This document shows, piece after piece, positions 18,430-27,296 of a stretch of DNA of 64,000 nt. The stretch comes from an uncultured Eubacteriales bacterium (GTDB lineage: Bacteria; Bacillota; Clostridia; Oscillospirales; Acutalibacteraceae). The notes under the pieces were generated by a model. That model was not told the origin of the DNA and made no database searches. It worked only from the letters and a program-made list of their open reading frames with translations. Location: positions 3,532-67,531 of the forward strand of contig ONJD01000001.1 in the NCBI GenBank assembly GCA_900317985.1, given 5' to 3'. Position numbers and translations under genes: made by a program. Numbering within the stretch: the stretch's first letter is position 1; every line of letters begins with the position of its first letter.

Positions 18430-19250
18430 TGGCTGAAGCTGCAAAGAGAAGCGCTCTCGGCGAGCTCACCAAGGGCTTCGTCAAAGAGAACCCCGTACTT
18501 CGCCTGGTCCTGGGCACCTGCCCCACCCTCGCGATCACCACTTCCGTTGAGAACGCCATTGGTATGGGCGTTGCCGCCACTCTCGTTCTCATCATGTCCA
18601 ACATCGTCATTTCCGCCCTGCGGAAAGTCATCCCCTCGAAGGTCCGTGTTCCCTGCTTCATCGTAGTCATCGCGGCTTTCGTCTCCATGATCCAGCTGCT
18701 GGTCAAGGCGTTCGCGCCCGGCCTCGACGCTGCGCTCGGTATCTACCTTCCGCTGATCGTCGTCAACTGTATCATCCTCGGCCGTGCGGAAGCATTCGCC
18801 AGCAAGAACCCCATCGGGCTCTCCGCCCTCGACGGTATCGGCATGGGCATCGGCTTCACCGTCGCCCTCACCCTGATGGCCGCCATCCGTGAGTTCTTCG
18901 GTTCCGGCAACCTGACCCTCAAGGTCCTCGGTTTCGGCACCACTCTGACCGACATCTTCGGTCTTGGCGACAGCAATGTCCTTTCCGCCATCCATCTCGA
19001 ACCCATCATCATCTTCATCCTGGCCCCCGGCGGTTTCTTCGTCTTCGGTCTTCTGGTCGCGCTGGTCAACAAGCTCTCCTCCCGCAAGGGCGGCGATCCC
19101 GCTGAGCTGAACTGCTGCAACGTCACGGAAGACGCCGACGGCAACCTGGTCCTCGTCGCTGACGGCAAGACCATCGTCATGCCGAAGGTCGACACCACCC
19201 CGCAGGTCAAGAAAGTTGAAAAGTCCGGAAAGGAGGCTGCTGAAGCATGA
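18429..19250 (+). CDS. rnfE: Rnf complex subunit E, with a ~59-aa hydrophilic C-terminal extension
   Basis: 273 aa. The core (LGTCPTLAITT..., LPLIVVNCIILGRAE) is RnfE-like. The tail after the last TM (KLSSRKGGDPAELNCC...KEAAEA) is extra. Confidence 0.9.
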   Translation: MAEAAKRSALGELTKGFVKENPVLRLVLGTCPTLAITTSVENAIGMGVAATLVLIMSNIVISALRKVIPSKVRVPCFIVVIAAFVSMIQLLVKAFAPGLDAALGIYLPLIVVNCIILGRAEAFASKNPIGLSALDGIGMGIGFTVALTLMAAIREFFGSGNLTLKVLGFGTTLTDIFGLGDSNVLSAIHLEPIIIFILAPGGFFVFGLLVALVNKLSSRKGGDPAELNCCNVTEDADGNLVLVADGKTIVMPKVDTTPQVKKVEKSGKEAAEA

Positions 19251-19834
19251 AGTTAATTGCCATTATGCTGACGACGATCTTCACGCAGAACTTCGTCCTC
19301 TCCAAATTCCTCGGCATCTGCCCCTTCCTTGGTGTTTCCAAGAAGAAGGACACTGCCATCGGCATGAGCGCGGCGGTCATCTTCGTCATGCTCCTCGCCA
19401 CCATCGTTTGTTATCCGCTGAACGTCCTTCTGGAAAAGAACGGCTTTGAATATCTGCAGACGCTGGTCTTCATCCTCGTCATCGCAGCTCTGGTCCAGTT
19501 CGTCGAGATCACTCTGAAGAAATACATGAAGTCGCTGTACAGCTCCCTCGGTATTTTCCTTCCCCTGATCACCACCAACTGTGCCGTTCTCGGTCTTGTC
19601 ACCCTGAACGTCCAGGAAGGCTACAATTTCATCGAATCCATCTTCAATGCACTCGGTGCCGGTCTCGGTTTCATGCTCGCCATGATCATGTTCTCCGGGA
19701 TCCGTGAGAGAATGGAAGGCAATGACGTTCCGAAGTTCTGGCAGGGTCTTCCCATCACCCTCGTCGCTGCGGCTCTCGTCACCTGTACGTTCCTCGGCTT
19801 CACCGGTATCATTGAGAACATGTTCGGTGCTTAA
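19247..19834 (+). CDS. rnfA: Rnf complex subunit A
   Basis: 195 aa, six TM helices. Contains LGICPFLGVSKK and LPLITTNCAVLG. Confidence 0.93.
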   Translation: MKLIAIMLTTIFTQNFVLSKFLGICPFLGVSKKKDTAIGMSAAVIFVMLLATIVCYPLNVLLEKNGFEYLQTLVFILVIAALVQFVEITLKKYMKSLYSSLGIFLPLITTNCAVLGLVTLNVQEGYNFIESIFNALGAGLGFMLAMIMFSGIRERMEGNDVPKFWQGLPITLVAAALVTCTFLGFTGIIENMFGA

Positions 19835-19852
19835 GAAAGGAATGGTGAATCA

Positions 19853-20716
19853 ATGAATCCGATCATTTTAGCGGTCATCATCGTCGCCATCCTTGGCCTG
19901 GTACTCGGACTGCTTCTGGCCATCGCGTCCATCGTCATGGCCGTTCCGGTCGATGAAAAAGCGGTCGCCATCGAAGAAGTCCTGGCGGGCGCGAACTGCG
20001 GTGCCTGCGGCTACTCCGGCTGTGCCGGTTATGCGGCTGCTCTGGCTGCCGGCGAATGTGAAGATACGACCCTCTGCTCCCCCGGCGGCTCCGCCTGCGC
20101 GAAAGCCGTTGCCGAGATCATGGGCGTTGCCGCGGGAGACTCCACTCCCATGACGGCAGTGGTCCTGTGCCACGGCACGGAAGCCAATGCCGGCAACATC
20201 ATGGATTATCACGGAGACATGAGCTGTAAGACGGCAGCTCAGCTGTTCGGCGGCGGCAAAGCCTGCTCCTTCGGCTGTCTCGGTCTGGGCGACTGCGAAG
20301 CGGCCTGTCCCTTCGACGCCATCCATGTCGGCGAAAACGGCCTTGCGGAAGTCGATTCCGAGAAGTGCCGCGCCTGCAAGATCTGCATCAATGTCTGCCC
20401 GAAGGGTGTCATCGAACTGGCTCCCCTCTACAAGCATGAAGCAGTGGTCTACTGCCAGAACCACAACAAGGGCGGCGAGACCAGAAAAATGTGTAAAGTC
20501 GGCTGCATCGGCTGCATGAAGTGCCAGAAGACCTGCCAGCACGACGCCATCCATGTCGAGAACTTCAAAGCGTCCGTCGACTATGCGAAGTGCGTTGGCT
20601 GCGGCGACTGCGCGACTGCCTGCCCCGTCGGCTGCATCGACATGACTACTTTCGGCAAACTGGTCATTGTGGACCCGGTCGTCGCGAGTGTCAAACCTGT
20701 CGAAAAAGAAGCGTAA
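19853..20716 (+). CDS. rnfB: Rnf complex subunit B (polyferredoxin)
   Basis: 287 aa. N-terminal TM, CGACGYSGC, and several CxxCxxCxxxCP motifs (CRACKICINVCP, CIGCMKCQKTC, CVGCGDCATACP). Confidence 0.93.
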   Translation: MNPIILAVIIVAILGLVLGLLLAIASIVMAVPVDEKAVAIEEVLAGANCGACGYSGCAGYAAALAAGECEDTTLCSPGGSACAKAVAEIMGVAAGDSTPMTAVVLCHGTEANAGNIMDYHGDMSCKTAAQLFGGGKACSFGCLGLGDCEAACPFDAIHVGENGLAEVDSEKCRACKICINVCPKGVIELAPLYKHEAVVYCQNHNKGGETRKMCKVGCIGCMKCQKTCQHDAIHVENFKASVDYAKCVGCGDCATACPVGCIDMTTFGKLVIVDPVVASVKPVEKEA

Positions 20717-20745
20717 CCTCAACTCCTACGCTCTATAAATGGTAT

Positions 20746-20785
20746 AAAAGACCCGGCTTCTCGGCCGGGTCTTTTTCTGTCTTTT
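20746..20785 (+). terminator. Intrinsic terminator after rnfB
   Basis: AGACCCGGC / GCCGGGTCT stem followed by TTTTTCTGTCTTTTT. Confidence 0.85.
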
Positions 20786-20891
20786 TCCGATCGGAAGTTG
20801 TCCGTAAATCGCCAATAATTACAAATTTAACAATCTTTTCGGGGTCCCGACAACTTTTTTGCAAAAACTTTGATAAATTTCTGACAATTCG

Positions 20892-20945
20892 TTGACTTTC
20901 ACAACTTGGTTGCACTATAATTGTGCATGCTGTCTAGCAGACAGC
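20892..20945 (+). promoter_or_regulatory. Candidate serC-serA promoter (TTGACT-18-TATAAT) plus a 5'-proximal hairpin
   Basis: TTGACT at 20892-97 and TATAAT at 20916-21. A GCTGTCT-agc-AGACAGC hairpin at 20929-45 lies at the predicted 5' end of the mRNA. Confidence 0.55.
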
Positions 20946-20986
20946 GCTCTCTTTATATATAACCTATTTATGGAGGCACATAGATC

Positions 20987-22075
20987 ATGGCTAGAGTATT
21001 CAACTTCTCCGCAGGCCCTTCCATGCTCCCGGAATCCGTCCTGAACAAGGCCGCCGATGAACTGCTCGATTACGAGGGCACCGGCGAATCCGTCATGGAA
21101 ATGTCCCACCGCAGCAAAGAGTATCAGGCGATCATCGATCAGGCGGAAGCGGACCTTCGCACCCTCATGGACATCCCGGACAACTACAAAGTCCTGTTCC
21201 TGCAGGGCGGCGCGTCCACCCAGTTCGCCGCCATCCCCCTGAACTTCATGAACGGCAGCGGCAAGGCGGACTACATCGTTTCCGGTGTCTGGTCCAAGAA
21301 GGCTGCCGCGGAAGCATCCCGCTACGGCGATGTGAAGATCGTCGCGTCCAGCGCGGACCAGAACTTCTCCTGCGTCCCCGAAGCGGACCCCGCCGAGTTC
21401 CGTCCCGATGCCGATTACTTCTACATCTGCATGAACGAAACGGTCCACGGCAACCTCATGCGCGACCTTCCCGAGACCGGTGACGTCCCGCTCATCGCCG
21501 ACATCTCCTCGTGCTTCCTTTCCGAGCCCCTCGATGTGTCGAAGTTCGGCATGCTGTACGGCGGCGCTCAGAAGAACATCGCCCCGGCCGGCCTCACCAT
21601 CTGCATCATCCGGGAAGACCTCCTCGGCAACGCGAGAGACATCACCCCGACCATGCTCAACTATGAGACCATGGCTGGCTCCGGTTCCATGTACAACACC
21701 CCTCCCTGCTGGTGCATCTACATGGCAGGTCTCGTCTTCCAGTGGCTCCTCAAGATGGGCGGCCTCAACGAGATGAAGAGACGCAATGAAGCCAAAGCGG
21801 CCATCCTCTACAACTATCTCGACGAGAGCAAGATGTTCAAGGGCACCGTCGCGAAGAAAGATCGTTCCCTCATGAACGTCCCCTTCGTCACCGACTCTGA
21901 CGAGCTCAACGCCGAGTTCATCAAGGGCTGCACCGAGAACGGCCTCATCAACATCAAGGGCCACCGTTCCGTCGGCGGCATGCGCGCTTCCATCTACAAC
22001 GCCATGCCCATCGAAGGCGTCGAAGCCCTCGTCGCTTACATGAAAGAGTTCGAAGAAGCTCACACCGCTGAATAA
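20987..22075 (+). CDS. serC: Phosphoserine aminotransferase
   Basis: 362 aa. The N-terminus FNFSAGPSMLPESVL and overall pattern are typical of SerC. Followed by serA. Confidence 0.93.
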   Translation: MARVFNFSAGPSMLPESVLNKAADELLDYEGTGESVMEMSHRSKEYQAIIDQAEADLRTLMDIPDNYKVLFLQGGASTQFAAIPLNFMNGSGKADYIVSGVWSKKAAAEASRYGDVKIVASSADQNFSCVPEADPAEFRPDADYFYICMNETVHGNLMRDLPETGDVPLIADISSCFLSEPLDVSKFGMLYGGAQKNIAPAGLTICIIREDLLGNARDITPTMLNYETMAGSGSMYNTPPCWCIYMAGLVFQWLLKMGGLNEMKRRNEAKAAILYNYLDESKMFKGTVAKKDRSLMNVPFVTDSDELNAEFIKGCTENGLINIKGHRSVGGMRASIYNAMPIEGVEALVAYMKEFEEAHTAE

Positions 22076-22093
22076 AGGAGAATCCACCCCGTC

Positions 22094-23257
22094 ATGTACA
22101 AGATCCTGACTCTCAACAACATTTCGGAGGCCGGCCTCGCACAGCTGGACCCCGAGAAATATACCATCGGCACCAGCATCCCCGACCCGGACGCCATCCT
22201 CGTCCGCAGCGCCAAGATGCACGACATGGAGTTCTCTCCGAACACCCTCGCCATCGCCAGAGCCGGCGCCGGCACCAACAACGTTCCGGTCGACCGCTGC
22301 GCGCAAGAGGGCATCGTCGTTTTCAACACCCCCGGTGCCAACGCCAACGCCGTCAAGGAGCTGGTCCTCTGTGCCCTGTTCCTCACCTCCCGGAAGATCA
22401 TCCCCGGCATCGAGTTCGTGAACTCCCTGAAGGGCAAGGGCGATGAAGTTTCCAAACTCGTCGAGAAAGGCAAGAACGCCTTTACCGGCCCCGAACTGAC
22501 CGGCAAGACCCTCGGTGTCGTCGGACTCGGCGCCATCGGTGTCCGTGTGGCCAACTCCGCCCGCAACCTCGGCATGCATGTCTACGGTTACGACCCGTAC
22601 CTCTCGGTCGACGCGGCCTGGAACCTTTCGAGCCACATCCGGCACGCCCCCACCCTCGACGACATCTTCACGAACTGCGATTACATCACGGTACACATCC
22701 CGCTGACCGATGACACGAAGTACACGATCTGCAAGGAGACCATCGCCAAGATGAAAGACGGTGTCCGCATCGTCAACTTCGCCCGCGGTGAACTGGTCAA
22801 CTCCGCCGACATGATCGAAGCGCTCGAGAGCGGCAAGGTCGCGGCCTATGCCACCGACTTCGCGGACGACAGCCTTCTGGGCGTCCCCGGCGTCATCGCC
22901 ATGCCCCACCTCGGCGCCTCCACTCCGGAGTCCGAAGACAACTGCGCGAAGATGGCCGCCTATGAGCTCATCGAATATCTGGAGAACGGCAACATCCGCA
23001 ACTCCGTCAACATGCCCAACGCCGAGATGGCCCGTGTCTGCAAGAACCGTCTCTGCGTCATCCACCAGAACGTCCCGAACGTTCTGCGGGGCATCACGAG
23101 CCAGTTCGTGGACTCCAACATCAACGACTTCATGAACCGTTCCAAAGGCAACATCTCCTACACGATCCTCGAAGTGGACGGCGACATCTCCGAAGAGATG
23201 ATCCAGGACATCCGGGAGATCGAAGGCGTCATCAAGGTCCGTGCCATCCTGGGCTGA
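22094..23257 (+). CDS. serA: D-3-phosphoglycerate dehydrogenase (with C-terminal ACT domain)
   Basis: 387 aa. NAD-binding GVVGLGAIG, 2-hydroxyacid dehydrogenase catalytic region (FARGELV, MPHLGAST), and an ACT-like C-terminus. Confidence 0.9.
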   Translation: MYKILTLNNISEAGLAQLDPEKYTIGTSIPDPDAILVRSAKMHDMEFSPNTLAIARAGAGTNNVPVDRCAQEGIVVFNTPGANANAVKELVLCALFLTSRKIIPGIEFVNSLKGKGDEVSKLVEKGKNAFTGPELTGKTLGVVGLGAIGVRVANSARNLGMHVYGYDPYLSVDAAWNLSSHIRHAPTLDDIFTNCDYITVHIPLTDDTKYTICKETIAKMKDGVRIVNFARGELVNSADMIEALESGKVAAYATDFADDSLLGVPGVIAMPHLGASTPESEDNCAKMAAYELIEYLENGNIRNSVNMPNAEMARVCKNRLCVIHQNVPNVLRGITSQFVDSNINDFMNRSKGNISYTILEVDGDISEEMIQDIREIEGVIKVRAILG

Positions 23258-23276
23258 ACCGAATAAGCATAATAAA

Positions 23277-23315
23277 AGACCTCAGGCTGCTGCCTGAGGT
23301 CTTCTGTTTTTGTTG
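23277..23315. terminator. Bidirectional terminator between serA and the MgtC-family gene
   Basis: AGACCTCAGGC-tgct-GCCTGAGGTCT, with T-runs downstream on both strands. Confidence 0.85.
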
Positions 23316-23319
23316 TGGA

Positions 23320-24012
23320 TCAGAGTTCTTCGGCCAGATACACGCCGTCGACCGCGCGAATGGAGGCGAGGACCTCTTCCGCGGGGACCGCTTTCTGGAA
23401 GCGGAGCGTGAAGATGGCGCTGGAGTTCATGACATCCTTTTCCTTGGTCCGGGTGATCTCCAGGTTCCGGACCTTGACGTTGTCCTTCTTCAACCCGTCA
23501 AAGACGGTCTCGAGGACCGACCGGCTGCGGAATTCGAGATAGACGTTGATCTCCGGATGCCGGCGCATGAAGGTGTACTCCAGGTTGGAGATGACCAGTT
23601 CCGACAGCAGGACCAGTGCGGTGGCGATGAGCCCTCCCTCGTAGAAACCGGCGCCGATGGCAAGGCCGACGATGGCGCAGGTCCAGAGACCGGCGGCGGT
23701 GGTCAGGCCCTTGATCTGGTTCCGGCGGGTGACGATGATGGTACCGGCGCCGATGAAACCGATGCCGGCGATGACCTGCGCTCCGAGACGGGCCATATCG
23801 GTAAAGAGCCCCTGAGAGAGGAACAGGTACTGACCGGTCATGGTGGTCATGGCGGCGCCCACGCAGATGAGGATGTGGGTCCGGAACCCGGCCGGGCGGC
23901 GTTTGAACTCCCGCTCGAGGCCGATGAGCGCGCCGCACAGGAACGTCAGGAGAAGGCGGATGCCGACGGAGAGGATGGAGATGTCCCGAAGACTGTCAAA
24001 AATCGAAAACAT
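23320..24012 (-). CDS. MgtC/SapB family membrane protein (paralog 1)
   Basis: 230 aa. GLEREFKRRPAGFRTH signature, about 5 TM helices, and a C-terminal ACT-like soluble domain. Confidence 0.85.
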   Translation of the reverse strand: MFSIFDSLRDISILSVGIRLLLTFLCGALIGLEREFKRRPAGFRTHILICVGAAMTTMTGQYLFLSQGLFTDMARLGAQVIAGIGFIGAGTIIVTRRNQIKGLTTAAGLWTCAIVGLAIGAGFYEGGLIATALVLLSELVISNLEYTFMRRHPEINVYLEFRSRSVLETVFDGLKKDNVKVRNLEITRTKEKDVMNSSAIFTLRFQKAVPAEEVLASIRAVDGVYLAEEL

Positions 24013-24027
24013 GATGCTCTTCCCTCC

Positions 24028-24762
24028 TTACAGCTCTTTGACCGCGTAGACCTCTTCGAGGTCTGACAGCAGTGCGACGACTTCGTGATGGGCCCTTCGA
24101 TGGGGCATGCGCAGGTACAGGACCGCGTTCGGCTTCTGGATGATCTGCTCCTTGCCGTGGTGGATGTCCATGTCGAAGATGCTGATTCCCTGCTCCTTGA
24201 CGGTGCGGAGGACCTCTCCTAAATCGCCCATGGAACGGACCTCGACGTAGATGTTGAGGTTGCGGGATCGTTCGATGAAATACTCTTCCACCGGCCGCAG
24301 GAGCCACATGGTGGCGAGGATGATGAGGAACGCGAAGAAGGCCGCCTCATAGAACCCCGCTCCGATGACCAGGCCGAGACAGGCCGACGCCCAGAGGCCG
24401 GACGCCGTGGTGAGTCCCTTGACCTTCTGCTGGTTCGTCGCGATGACGGTGCCGGCGCCGAGGAAACCGATGCCGTTGATGACCTGGGCCCCGAACCGGG
24501 ACACATCGGTCTTGAGCCCGACCGCTTCCGCCATCGGCGCCCAGTCCGTCGTCAGCATGACGTATTCATACTGGCTCAGGACCATCGTCAGGGACGCGCC
24601 GATGCAGACGAGGGTATACGTCCGCGGGCCCGCCGGCCGGTGCCTCAGACCGCGGTCGAGGCCGATGAGGCCTCCCATGACCAGCGCGAGGATCAGCCGC
24701 AGGAAGACGGACGCTGTATTGAAATCTCTTAAATAGTCCAGTTGACTCAGCATGGGGTCCAC
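24028..24762 (-). CDS. MgtC/SapB family membrane protein (paralog 2)
   Basis: 244 aa. GLDRGLRHRPAGPRTY signature and the same architecture as the neighbour. Separated from it by 15 nt. Confidence 0.85.
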   Translation of the reverse strand: MDPMLSQLDYLRDFNTASVFLRLILALVMGGLIGLDRGLRHRPAGPRTYTLVCIGASLTMVLSQYEYVMLTTDWAPMAEAVGLKTDVSRFGAQVINGIGFLGAGTVIATNQQKVKGLTTASGLWASACLGLVIGAGFYEAAFFAFLIILATMWLLRPVEEYFIERSRNLNIYVEVRSMGDLGEVLRTVKEQGISIFDMDIHHGKEQIIQKPNAVLYLRMPHRRAHHEVVALLSDLEEVYAVKEL

Positions 24763-24927
24763 TCCTTTGTTTCCCTTATTGTATCACTCCTGTCCTGTTT
24801 GGCAAGTTTTTCCAAAAACAGGTCCGGCAAAAGGGTTGCCAGAAAAAAGTGCTCTGTAATATAATAGGTTTGACCTGTTAACGCGCTGCCGCATGACAGC
24901 GCAAATACGAAAAAAGGAGAAACTATT

Positions 24928-25791
24928 ATGAAAACCAGAACGTCTCGCATTTTCGCGATCCTCATGGCGGTCGCTATGGTCCTCATGATGACCGGGTGCT
25001 CCGAAGCCACCAGGATCTTCCTGAAAAACGGCTGGGACTACGAAGTCGACGGTGTCCAGTATGAACCCGGCTTCAACGACACGTATGAGTCCGTCGCGCC
25101 GGCTGTCAACAGCTCTGCTGCCGACCGCTCCGCCTACGGCTCCTATACCGGCCCCGCCGCTTCCGGTTCTACCGTGACTGCCGGTGGCGCTGCCACAGCC
25201 GGTGCCAAAGCCGGTGCCGCCAAGGCCGGTTCCAACGCCGCCGCACCCGCAGCGAACAAGACTTCCTACACCGCGGCCGAAGCTCTCGAACTCTACAAGA
25301 GCGCTGCCAACAAAGTCAAGACCACTGCGAAGTCCGCAACCCGTACGTCCGAGACCATCCGGACCATCAGCGGTTCCATCCCGTCTCTCTATTCGAGCTT
25401 CGGCTTCAAAGAGGGCACCAAGACCGAAAAGGTCGTTGCCAAAGGCGCTTCCGAACTAAAGGACAAGTTCCCGGTCGAGAAGAAGTCCTACACCTGCAAC
25501 CTCAGCGCGTCTGACATCAAGTCCGCCACGGTCCAGAGCAACGGTTCCAGCAAGGTCGTCACCATCGTCGTCAAAGACGACAACCCCGGCACCTACAGCA
25601 ACTCTTCGAAGTGTGTCTCCACCATCAGCATCCCGATCGGCACCTGGACCTGCAAGGGCGTCACCCTTCGCGGCACCATCGATGCGAACGGCAGACTGAC
25701 GAGCCTCTACTACAAGATGCCGACTTACGTCACTCAGGGTTCCGACGCTTTCGCGTTCTCCCTCGAGCAGAACTGGTCCGTCGCTTACTAA
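24928..25791 (+). CDS. Hypothetical lipoprotein
   Basis: 287 aa. Signal peptide with lipobox LMMTGC, an Ala/Gly/Ser-rich linker, then a beta-rich C-terminal domain with no motif I recognise. RBS AAAGGAGA. Confidence 0.6.
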   Translation: MKTRTSRIFAILMAVAMVLMMTGCSEATRIFLKNGWDYEVDGVQYEPGFNDTYESVAPAVNSSAADRSAYGSYTGPAASGSTVTAGGAATAGAKAGAAKAGSNAAAPAANKTSYTAAEALELYKSAANKVKTTAKSATRTSETIRTISGSIPSLYSSFGFKEGTKTEKVVAKGASELKDKFPVEKKSYTCNLSASDIKSATVQSNGSSKVVTIVVKDDNPGTYSNSSKCVSTISIPIGTWTCKGVTLRGTIDANGRLTSLYYKMPTYVTQGSDAFAFSLEQNWSVAY

Positions 25792-25820
25792 GCCTGCAGC
25801 GTTCAAGGCATCCAGACAAG

Positions 25821-25859
25821 AAAAAAACCGGACAGCTCCATGAGCTGTCCGGTTTCTTT
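25821..25859. terminator. Bidirectional terminator (lipoprotein gene / 446-aa gene)
   Basis: CCGGACAGCTC-cat-GAGCTGTCCGG, flanked by AAAAAAA and TTTCTTTTGTTTT. Confidence 0.85.
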
Positions 25860-25874
25860 TGTTTTGTTCCGGGG

Positions 25875-27215
25875 TCAGCGGTTGATCTGATCCCAGGGGC
25901 TGGGAGCCTGTGTCGGCGGGTTGGTCGACGGCTCGGTCGACGGGACTGCCGTGGACGGCGTCGTCGTGGCCGGTGCGGTCGACTGTGTCGTGGAAGCGGT
26001 CGTGCTCCGGGTCGTCGAACGCGTGGTCGAGCGGGTCGTCGAACGCGTGGTCGAGCGGGTCGTCGTCGAGGTCCGGCGGCTGGTGCTGTAGGTGGTCGAG
26101 GCGGTGGACTCGCTGATCTCACCGTTCTCATCGTACTGAACCGTGATCTCTTCGACCGTCGTGCTCTCGGTCGCGGACGCGTTGTTGGAGACGCTGCGCT
26201 CGAACGCCGTGGTCTTCACCTTGGCGGTCGTGGCCGTTTCGGCATCTTTACCGGAGTGGGTGAAGTGCGAGATGAGGAAACCGCCGAGGACGAACAGAAG
26301 CGCGACCAGGACCGCCAGGATGGCGATGGTCAGACGGCGGCGGTTCTTGCGGCTGAAGACCGGTGCATCGCCTTCATCGGGCAGGAACACGCTGTCATCG
26401 ATGTTGTTCTCATAAGAACGGGGTTCGTCGTTATAACGGGCTTTGTTCTTCGCTTTGCGGTAATTCTCGTAACGGGGACGGTCGTCCGTGTAGGTCGGGA
26501 CCGTTTCGGGACCGTTGACCGTTTCGACCGGCTCTGCCACTTCCGGGGCCTCGTCGGCCGGAGCTTCGAACACTTCGGAAGCGGAGTTCTCCTCACCGGC
26601 AAAGTAGGATCCGGGGCCGTAGGACTCTTCGAACATGGGCTCGTAGCTGTCGTAGTACTCCTCGTCGTTGTCCGCAGGCGCTTCCGAGCGGGTGTAGACG
26701 ACGGGTTCCGGCTCGGCCGGAGACGGGACCGCTGCGGGGTCGGTGGTATAGGTCACATCGTCCAGAGCGCCGGGGGCCGAGTAGCCGAAGTCGACTTCAT
26801 AGTCCTCTTCCGCGCCGGCCGCTTCCGGGGTCGGAGCGACGACGATGGTGTCTTCGGCTTCCGGTTCCGGAGCCGGAGTGCTGACCGGGACATAGGTCTC
26901 ATAGACGGGCTCTTCCACGACCGGAGGCTCTTCGATGACCGGTTCTTCGGGCAGTTTCACTTTGCTGCCGCCGAGGTCGATCTCAAACATCTGGATGCGG
27001 TCGTTGTCGGAAGAACCGACTTTGACGGGGCCGCTGTTGACCGGAGTTTCCGGGACCGGTTCCGCTGCGGCGGGATCGATCGGTTCCGAGTTGATGTCCG
27101 TAAAGACGAAACTGGGTTTCTCTTCTACCGGTGCCTCTTCCGGAACGAATTCCTCCGGGATGAACTCTTCTTCCGGCTCTTTTTTGAACCGTCCGAGGAT
27201 GTCTTTCATTGCCAT
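25875..27215 (-). CDS. Hypothetical bitopic membrane protein: acidic Pro/Glu/Tyr-rich N-terminal region, one TM, Ser/Thr/Pro-rich C-terminal region
   Basis: 446 aa. Single TM LTIAILAVLVALLFVLGGFLISHF. C-terminal (TTRS)n and PST repeats. RBS AAAGGAG. The reading frame is long and matches the strand of its neighbours. Confidence 0.6.
   Translation of the reverse strand: MAMKDILGRFKKEPEEEFIPEEFVPEEAPVEEKPSFVFTDINSEPIDPAAAEPVPETPVNSGPVKVGSSDNDRIQMFEIDLGGSKVKLPEEPVIEEPPVVEEPVYETYVPVSTPAPEPEAEDTIVVAPTPEAAGAEEDYEVDFGYSAPGALDDVTYTTDPAAVPSPAEPEPVVYTRSEAPADNDEEYYDSYEPMFEESYGPGSYFAGEENSASEVFEAPADEAPEVAEPVETVNGPETVPTYTDDRPRYENYRKAKNKARYNDEPRSYENNIDDSVFLPDEGDAPVFSRKNRRRLTIAILAVLVALLFVLGGFLISHFTHSGKDAETATTAKVKTTAFERSVSNNASATESTTVEEITVQYDENGEISESTASTTYSTSRRTSTTTRSTTRSTTRSTTRSTTRSTTASTTQSTAPATTTPSTAVPSTEPSTNPPTQAPSPWDQINR
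26011..26058 (-). repeat. Perfect 24-bp tandem duplication inside the 446-aa CDS (encodes the TTRSTTRS repeat)
   Basis: GTCGTCGAACGCGTGGTCGAGCGG occurs twice in tandem, with diverged copies on both sides (about 25993-26070). Confidence 0.9.
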
Positions 27216-27296
27216 GTTGCTACGCGCTCCTTTCGTTGAGCGATAAGGTTTTGCTGTGTGTTTCTGTTTGTTTCTATCTTGGGCGATTTACGGTTT

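Noticed and set aside
20915-23065. 716-aa ORF on the minus strand spanning serC and serA
   Set aside because: It is a shadow ORF antisense to two unrelated, well-supported genes and their intergenic gap. Its composition is repetitive (G/D/V/A/H) with no motifs.
24763-24927. M-box (Mg2+) riboswitch upstream of the MgtC-family genes
   Set aside because: The gap is 165 nt including a promoter, and I could not recognise any of the conserved M-box sequence blocks.
25993-26070. Tandem DNA repeats as a possible CRISPR or VNTR locus
   Set aside because: The period is 12/24 bp with no spacers. The repeats are in frame inside a long CDS and encode the (TTRS)n peptide repeat. The same applies to the repeats at about 27339-27430.
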